Positions 59,119 to 64,000 of a stretch of DNA of 64,000 bases are shown here, in pieces; within the stretch, counting starts at the first letter, position 1; the number at the start of each line of letters is the position of its first letter. Source of the stretch: Macrostomum hystrix (taxonomy: Eukaryota > Animalia > Platyhelminthes); contig CATNEN010000035.1 of assembly GCA_950097015.1 (NCBI GenBank), positions 1 to 64,000 of the forward strand, in the 5' to 3' direction. Made by a program: the position numbers and the translations under genes. A model generated the notes under the pieces. It saw only the letters and a program-made list of their open reading frames with translations. It was not told the DNA's origin and ran no database searches.

Positions 59119-62100
59119 ATGTCCGGAGCAGCCGAGACAGCCAGCTCGCTGGGCGCACTTGTCCCAAAGCTGAGCCTCTCACAATGGCACCCAGGAAAAC
59201 TCACTGTTGAGGAAGCCAACGCCGTCGGTATGACCGACAGCACCAAAGTAGGCCTAAGGCTCATCCGGCAGCTCATTAGCTGTAACGCAAAGGCCAGGGA
59301 TGAAGTCGCACTGCCGCAGCAAGATCAGAACTTGCCAATCATGGAGACGGATCGTCCGGACGATGGATGGGACGAAGACGACGATGAAGCTGCCGACTCT
59401 GGAGTGGACAATCCGGTGGACATCCTGCTAGCAAGCTTCGTGTGCTGCAGCGACGACTTAAAACAGCTGATCTGTCAAAGGCTGTTCATGTGTAAGCTGG
59501 CTTTCCCATTCCTTTATCGGGATGAAGCGAACAAACTAGTGACAAATCATGAAAACCTGCGAGCCATTGCGGTGGAGTACAAGGACCAGCTTGGGCGGGC
59601 TGTGGAACTGCCAGTCTTCTCAGAGCAACCGGTTCTTTGCGTTGCCTTTGTGCGCATCGGCTCACACAGCATATCGAAGTCCAAGATGCTGAACCTCTTG
59701 CTAAACGATGGCAGGCATGAAACGTTTTTCAATCGAGAAAGCGTGAACGGTTCGTCAAGACTGAAGTTCTCGAGAGGACTTGTTGAAGCAGCCATGTACC
59801 TTCCGACAGGTGGCAGCAACAATCCGTTCGTTGCACTCAACTTGAGGGGCGACGTCAGGGAAAATCTGGAGCAAGGCAATGTACTTTCTAAGTGTGCCAG
59901 TGTAGTTGTTTGTTTCGTAGCTGTTGAAGACGTGCTTCAGGACCAGGTTGTTTCACGCCTGAAGGAGCTGGCTGCAGAGTCAAACAACTTGGTCCTCATT
60001 CTTACAAAGCGAGATCCAGAGGCTACAGCCAGCTCTTCGTTGCGAAATAAAATTCTAGAGAGCATGAGGGAGGTGAGCAGTAGGATGAAACTGGTTCTTG
60101 GATTCAAAAACCGCAACTGCAAGAGCCTTCGTGAGGTTCAAGGAGATGTCATGAAGGCCCTAGAAGAGACGGAATGTGATTTCAGAGTGATTGCCGAACA
60201 CGTTCAAGCTACTGGCCTTTTTAGTGACGTCCGTGAGTCAAGCAGCGAAATGTCAGAACTAGCAGCTGGTATTACAAAGAACTTTCACAACTGTGAGGAC
60301 AAGACACACTTCAAGGAAAAGTTTCTACCATTGCACATGAACCTGTGGCAGGAGTACAGCAGATTGCACAAAAAGACTCAGTCCGCTAAATTTGACAAGG
60401 AGGATCTCAGCAAGCTGCAGGAACAAATGCTGACGATCAGAAATAAGCAAGTTGAATCGTGCATGGAGTTATCTCCTATCATCAAGGACCTATTTGCAGG
60501 CCTAAATTCAACACTGCTAGCAGACAAAGTAGAAAAAGCGATTGTTCTTCTTGAAGGAATCAGGCAAAGATTCTATGAGTCGGGAATCAAAGTCATTCCA
60601 CCACTTCAAGGCGCATATTTAGAAGCTAAGAGGAAACTTGACGATTGCTTGAGCAGTACTGAGGCCGAAGCGCTGAAAGAGACTTGTCTTGCTGCGGAGA
60701 GGAACCTAATAAATGCATCGCTTGATTTAATCAGCCTTTTCAGAGAAGCCGGTCAAATCTACGAATCCAGCAAAGAAAACTCAATTGAGTTTACGCCACG
60801 CTTGAAAAGCGAAGTTTCGAACTTGCCGAACACCTTTGCGCAGCTGCTACTACACGGAATACCACTAGAGATTCTGGACGGTGATTCAAGCAACATCCCA
60901 ATCATCTGGATCTCCGAGGTGCTCCGAGCTTGCTACAAACTGGTTGGCGAGAAGAAACTATTCGTAATTTCAGTTCTAGGCGTGCAAAGTTCAGGAAAGT
61001 CCACACTTTTGAACACCATGTTTGGCCTGCGGTTTCCTGTGAGTGCTGGTCGGTGCACCAGAGGAGCCTACCTTCAGATTTTGAGAGTATCCCGCGACTC
61101 TGGCCTACCGTTTGACTATGTTGCCATTATCGATACGGAAGGTCTGAAGGCTCCGGAGCTCGGATCCACAAGCCCTCGACACGACAACGAGCTTGCGACC
61201 CTGGTCATCGGATTAGGCGATGTGTCCATTGTGAACATCAAGGGCGAGAACTCATCTGATATGAGCGAGATACTGCCCATTGCGGTGAACGCTTTTCTGC
61301 GGATGCGTCAGGTAAACAAGAGACTGGAGATTCAACGGAGCTGCGTCTTCATTCATCAAAACGTGTCTGCCGTCTCTGCCAAGGAGAAGATGGAAGAAGC
61401 TACTGTGGTCATGAAGAAGCGCTTGGACGACTTCACTCGTGAGGCAGCGGAAGCAGAGGGACTTGCCGATGTTCGCTATTTTAGCGATGTCATTTCGTTT
61501 GATAGCAAGACAGACATCTTCTTCATGCCGGATTTGTGGTTCGGAGACCCTCCATTGGCTTCAGTGAATCCGGGATATACGGAGAAGGTACTCCAGATTC
61601 GAGAGCACATTGTTTTTAACCTGTCTCAAAGGCAGCAGACGTTTGTCACTTTCCATGATTTTTCAATTCGAATCGGGGACATGTGGAAGGCAATCGTGTC
61701 TGAAGACTTTGTGTTCAGTTTTCGAAACAGTATCGAAATGAAGGCCTACCATCACATGGAGCTTGCTCTTATCGACTGCAAGGATAAGATTGACGACTTC
61801 GGAAACGAATGGCTGCACAAGACGGCATTTGTACGAATCAAAATGACAACTAGCGAGGAACGCCTTACCGAGGAATTCCACAAGCTGCAGCGAGAAATGT
61901 GTCAGGAAATGAGTTGTGCCCTGTCAGACTCAAATGAAAAACTCGAAAAGTACTTTGAGGAAGATTCGTACAAGGAATACAGTGTTCAGTGGAAGCAAGG
62001 AACGTTGCTCACCCTTGAACGGGCCTGCAACACAAAGCAAGAAGAACTCGAGGACAGAATGAAAGATGAAGCAAAAATCCAGCGGCTTGAAATCAGTCAG

Positions 62101-63897
62101 TCTGCCAAGCATAAGCAGTGGGAGAAGCTGGCCCTTCAAAGAGCAAAAGACTTGGCTGAGACGATCACCAGTAGAGAGATCTCAGAAGACATAATCAGTC
62201 AAGGTTTTGATAATATGTGGGAGACGATAATCAGCGAACTGCCTTCTGAACAGCCTCACAGCGGCGTCCCGATTTCAGAACAAATCGCTGCATTGCTGTC
62301 CGACCTGTTCCACAAGGACGCTTCAATTCTAAAACACTCTCTGGAACAGAATCCTTTAAGCAATCAGCTTTCTGAGGATGATGTAGAGCCATTCTTATCC
62401 GACTGCTTAGAAGAAGCGCGATTCGCAAACGACGCGGCCCCTGCTGCGAGAACCAAGACCTTCATAGCAGGCGCCAAGGTGTTCGAATCCGTCAAGCCGC
62501 TTCTGCGGGACATTAGGAATCGAGACTCCGGGTTTTACGCTGCCGATGCAAGGAAGATTCTCAGCGAGGTCATTCGAGTTATCCGAGAAAAAAGAAGCGA
62601 TCTATCAGCTGATGGCGTCAGCCTCACTGTGGCCTTTGAGATGAAAGTTGCAATCGGAGTCTGCCGACTGGCTATGCCCATCTTCACCAAAATTGACCAG
62701 GCTTACAGACAGAAACTGAGCGTCAAGGCGCGACTTGCCGCACTGAAGGAAAAAATCTTTAACCTCTACAAGAACATGGTCGAATGCAAGACAGGAGAGA
62801 AGATTGCTGCAGACTTTGTTGCGGATCACGTGGCCGAGTTGATTAAAGCTGCAGTCTTGGAGAGAATGACCGACAAACTAAAGGTCCACCTCAGGAACCA
62901 GATTGGAAGGCACAAGTACTACCTGATTGTCATGATGCTTAGTGAGTGGGCTAATAAGGACGACTTCCAGTCGGTGATTTCCTACGTAAAGAACTCCAAG
63001 ACGGCAGCTCTCAACTGGCTCACTTCCTTTATTAACCGATTTCTCTTTACTCGAAATGAATCAAACAAGACTGCTTTTGCAGAAATTGTGGTGGCGGATG
63101 TCGCTGCATCGATATTTAAGAAGGCTTACGAATCGTGCGAAGAAGCGAGCAAAGCAATGAAGGGGATATCTGGTCATAAATGCCTGGCGCGCTGGAGCGA
63201 GGATTTTGGGAAGCTCATGTCCCGAGAGCTGGCCGTGAGGGCCGAGGATTTAGCTCCCATTTTCGGCAATCAAATCGGCAACTTTTCCGACTTTGCTGAA
63301 ACTCTGAAAGAAGGCCTGCGTGTCAAGAGTCGGCAGTTGACGGACTGGCTCGGCCAGATGGACGAGACCTTAGTTAAGTGGCAAGGCAGCGCTACTCTAT
63401 ATTCCGCTGTGCTTGAGTGCCTTTGGGGCTGCGACTCTCAATGTCCCTTCTGCAACGAGCCGTGCTCAAATGCAACAGCTGGGCATCATAATGTGGATGG
63501 CGTTTCGCACAAATGCATCCAGCACCGACCGACGTGTGCCTCGGGAATGCAGAACAGAATTACTCAACAGGCCGTCCCAAATACTTGCGGCTACTCTATT
63601 CAAGATCAGAACCGAAGCTTTTCTTGCACTGTATGTGTAAAGAACCGCGTGCATACGGATGAATGCAACCAATTTCGGGCGTATCATCCTTACAAAAACT
63701 ACAAGAAGTTCTTTCCAGCTTGGGACATTGCTCCTGATCCCGCGAATTCGAGTTCCAAATACTGGATGTGGTTTGTGTGGACCTTCAGAGAGCAACTAAA
63801 GGCAGAACACGGCTACAAGATTGACGAAATTCCAGAAGCATGGTCTGCTGTTACAAAGGAGGCCGCAGACAAGAGCCTACGAGATCTGCTTGATTAG
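59119..63897 (+). CDS. GVIN1: Interferon-inducible very large GTPase 1-like (VLIG/GVIN1-URGCP family), 1592 aa, single coding exon
   Basis: P-loop SVLGVQSSGKSTLLNTMFGLRFPVSAGRCTRG; G3 IIDTEGL; HDNELATLVIGLGD; CVFIHQNV; N-terminal NPVDILLASFVC and CKLAFPFL; C-terminal GCDSQCPFCNEPC...HKCIQHRP and HPYKNYKKFFPAWDI...YWMWF. Confidence 0.93.
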   Translation: MSGAAETASSLGALVPKLSLSQWHPGKLTVEEANAVGMTDSTKVGLRLIRQLISCNAKARDEVALPQQDQNLPIMETDRPDDGWDEDDDEAADSGVDNPVDILLASFVCCSDDLKQLICQRLFMCKLAFPFLYRDEANKLVTNHENLRAIAVEYKDQLGRAVELPVFSEQPVLCVAFVRIGSHSISKSKMLNLLLNDGRHETFFNRESVNGSSRLKFSRGLVEAAMYLPTGGSNNPFVALNLRGDVRENLEQGNVLSKCASVVVCFVAVEDVLQDQVVSRLKELAAESNNLVLILTKRDPEATASSSLRNKILESMREVSSRMKLVLGFKNRNCKSLREVQGDVMKALEETECDFRVIAEHVQATGLFSDVRESSSEMSELAAGITKNFHNCEDKTHFKEKFLPLHMNLWQEYSRLHKKTQSAKFDKEDLSKLQEQMLTIRNKQVESCMELSPIIKDLFAGLNSTLLADKVEKAIVLLEGIRQRFYESGIKVIPPLQGAYLEAKRKLDDCLSSTEAEALKETCLAAERNLINASLDLISLFREAGQIYESSKENSIEFTPRLKSEVSNLPNTFAQLLLHGIPLEILDGDSSNIPIIWISEVLRACYKLVGEKKLFVISVLGVQSSGKSTLLNTMFGLRFPVSAGRCTRGAYLQILRVSRDSGLPFDYVAIIDTEGLKAPELGSTSPRHDNELATLVIGLGDVSIVNIKGENSSDMSEILPIAVNAFLRMRQVNKRLEIQRSCVFIHQNVSAVSAKEKMEEATVVMKKRLDDFTREAAEAEGLADVRYFSDVISFDSKTDIFFMPDLWFGDPPLASVNPGYTEKVLQIREHIVFNLSQRQQTFVTFHDFSIRIGDMWKAIVSEDFVFSFRNSIEMKAYHHMELALIDCKDKIDDFGNEWLHKTAFVRIKMTTSEERLTEEFHKLQREMCQEMSCALSDSNEKLEKYFEEDSYKEYSVQWKQGTLLTLERACNTKQEELEDRMKDEAKIQRLEISQSAKHKQWEKLALQRAKDLAETITSREISEDIISQGFDNMWETIISELPSEQPHSGVPISEQIAALLSDLFHKDASILKHSLEQNPLSNQLSEDDVEPFLSDCLEEARFANDAAPAARTKTFIAGAKVFESVKPLLRDIRNRDSGFYAADARKILSEVIRVIREKRSDLSADGVSLTVAFEMKVAIGVCRLAMPIFTKIDQAYRQKLSVKARLAALKEKIFNLYKNMVECKTGEKIAADFVADHVAELIKAAVLERMTDKLKVHLRNQIGRHKYYLIVMMLSEWANKDDFQSVISYVKNSKTAALNWLTSFINRFLFTRNESNKTAFAEIVVADVAASIFKKAYESCEEASKAMKGISGHKCLARWSEDFGKLMSRELAVRAEDLAPIFGNQIGNFSDFAETLKEGLRVKSRQLTDWLGQMDETLVKWQGSATLYSAVLECLWGCDSQCPFCNEPCSNATAGHHNVDGVSHKCIQHRPTCASGMQNRITQQAVPNTCGYSIQDQNRSFSCTVCVKNRVHTDECNQFRAYHPYKNYKKFFPAWDIAPDPANSSSKYWMWFVWTFREQLKAEHGYKIDEIPEAWSAVTKEAADKSLRDLLD

Positions 63898-64000
63898 GAC
63901 AATTTTTTACCACAAGAATTCGCAAATACGTCGTAGGCTTGCTGGAAAAAAGAACTAAGTTATGACTAAGATAGTAAGACTATCGATCCAGTAATGAATT

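Noticed and set aside
59547-63795. Short ORFs nested in VLIG
   Set aside because: They are alternative-frame or antisense by-products of the long CDS.

Overview
Eukaryotic (metazoan) genomic DNA. GC-rich spliced coding exons, about 21 unrelated minisatellite arrays (roughly 17 kb, about a quarter of the window) and a spliced-leader-like sequence point to a free-living flatworm, probably Macrostomum (inference). Six protein-coding genes were assembled by hand from GT-AG junctions with matching phases: a 7-ectodomain protocadherin (-), a TNFAIP8/TIPE protein (-), a KChIP-type neuronal calcium sensor with degenerate EF-hands (+), ribosomal protein S19 (+), a C2-PDZ-PH protein resembling the RGS3/PsGEF N-terminus (+), and a 1592-aa very large inducible GTPase (GVIN1/URGCP family, +). 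There is also an intronic tRNA-Ala(AGC) and three tRNA-headed CORE-like SINEs. The top finding is a flatworm spliced-leader (SL)-like exon at 56936-58096, split by a 1.1-kb insert with a 3' A-tract and a 14-bp target-site duplication. This is the footprint expected of an SL-targeting non-LTR retrotransposon (CRE/SLACS- or NeSL-like). It sits just upstream of ISRE-like motifs and the VLIG gene. The SL identity rests on my recollection of the published Macrostomum SL and must be checked. Most ORFs in the supplied track are artefacts of repeats or antisense frames.
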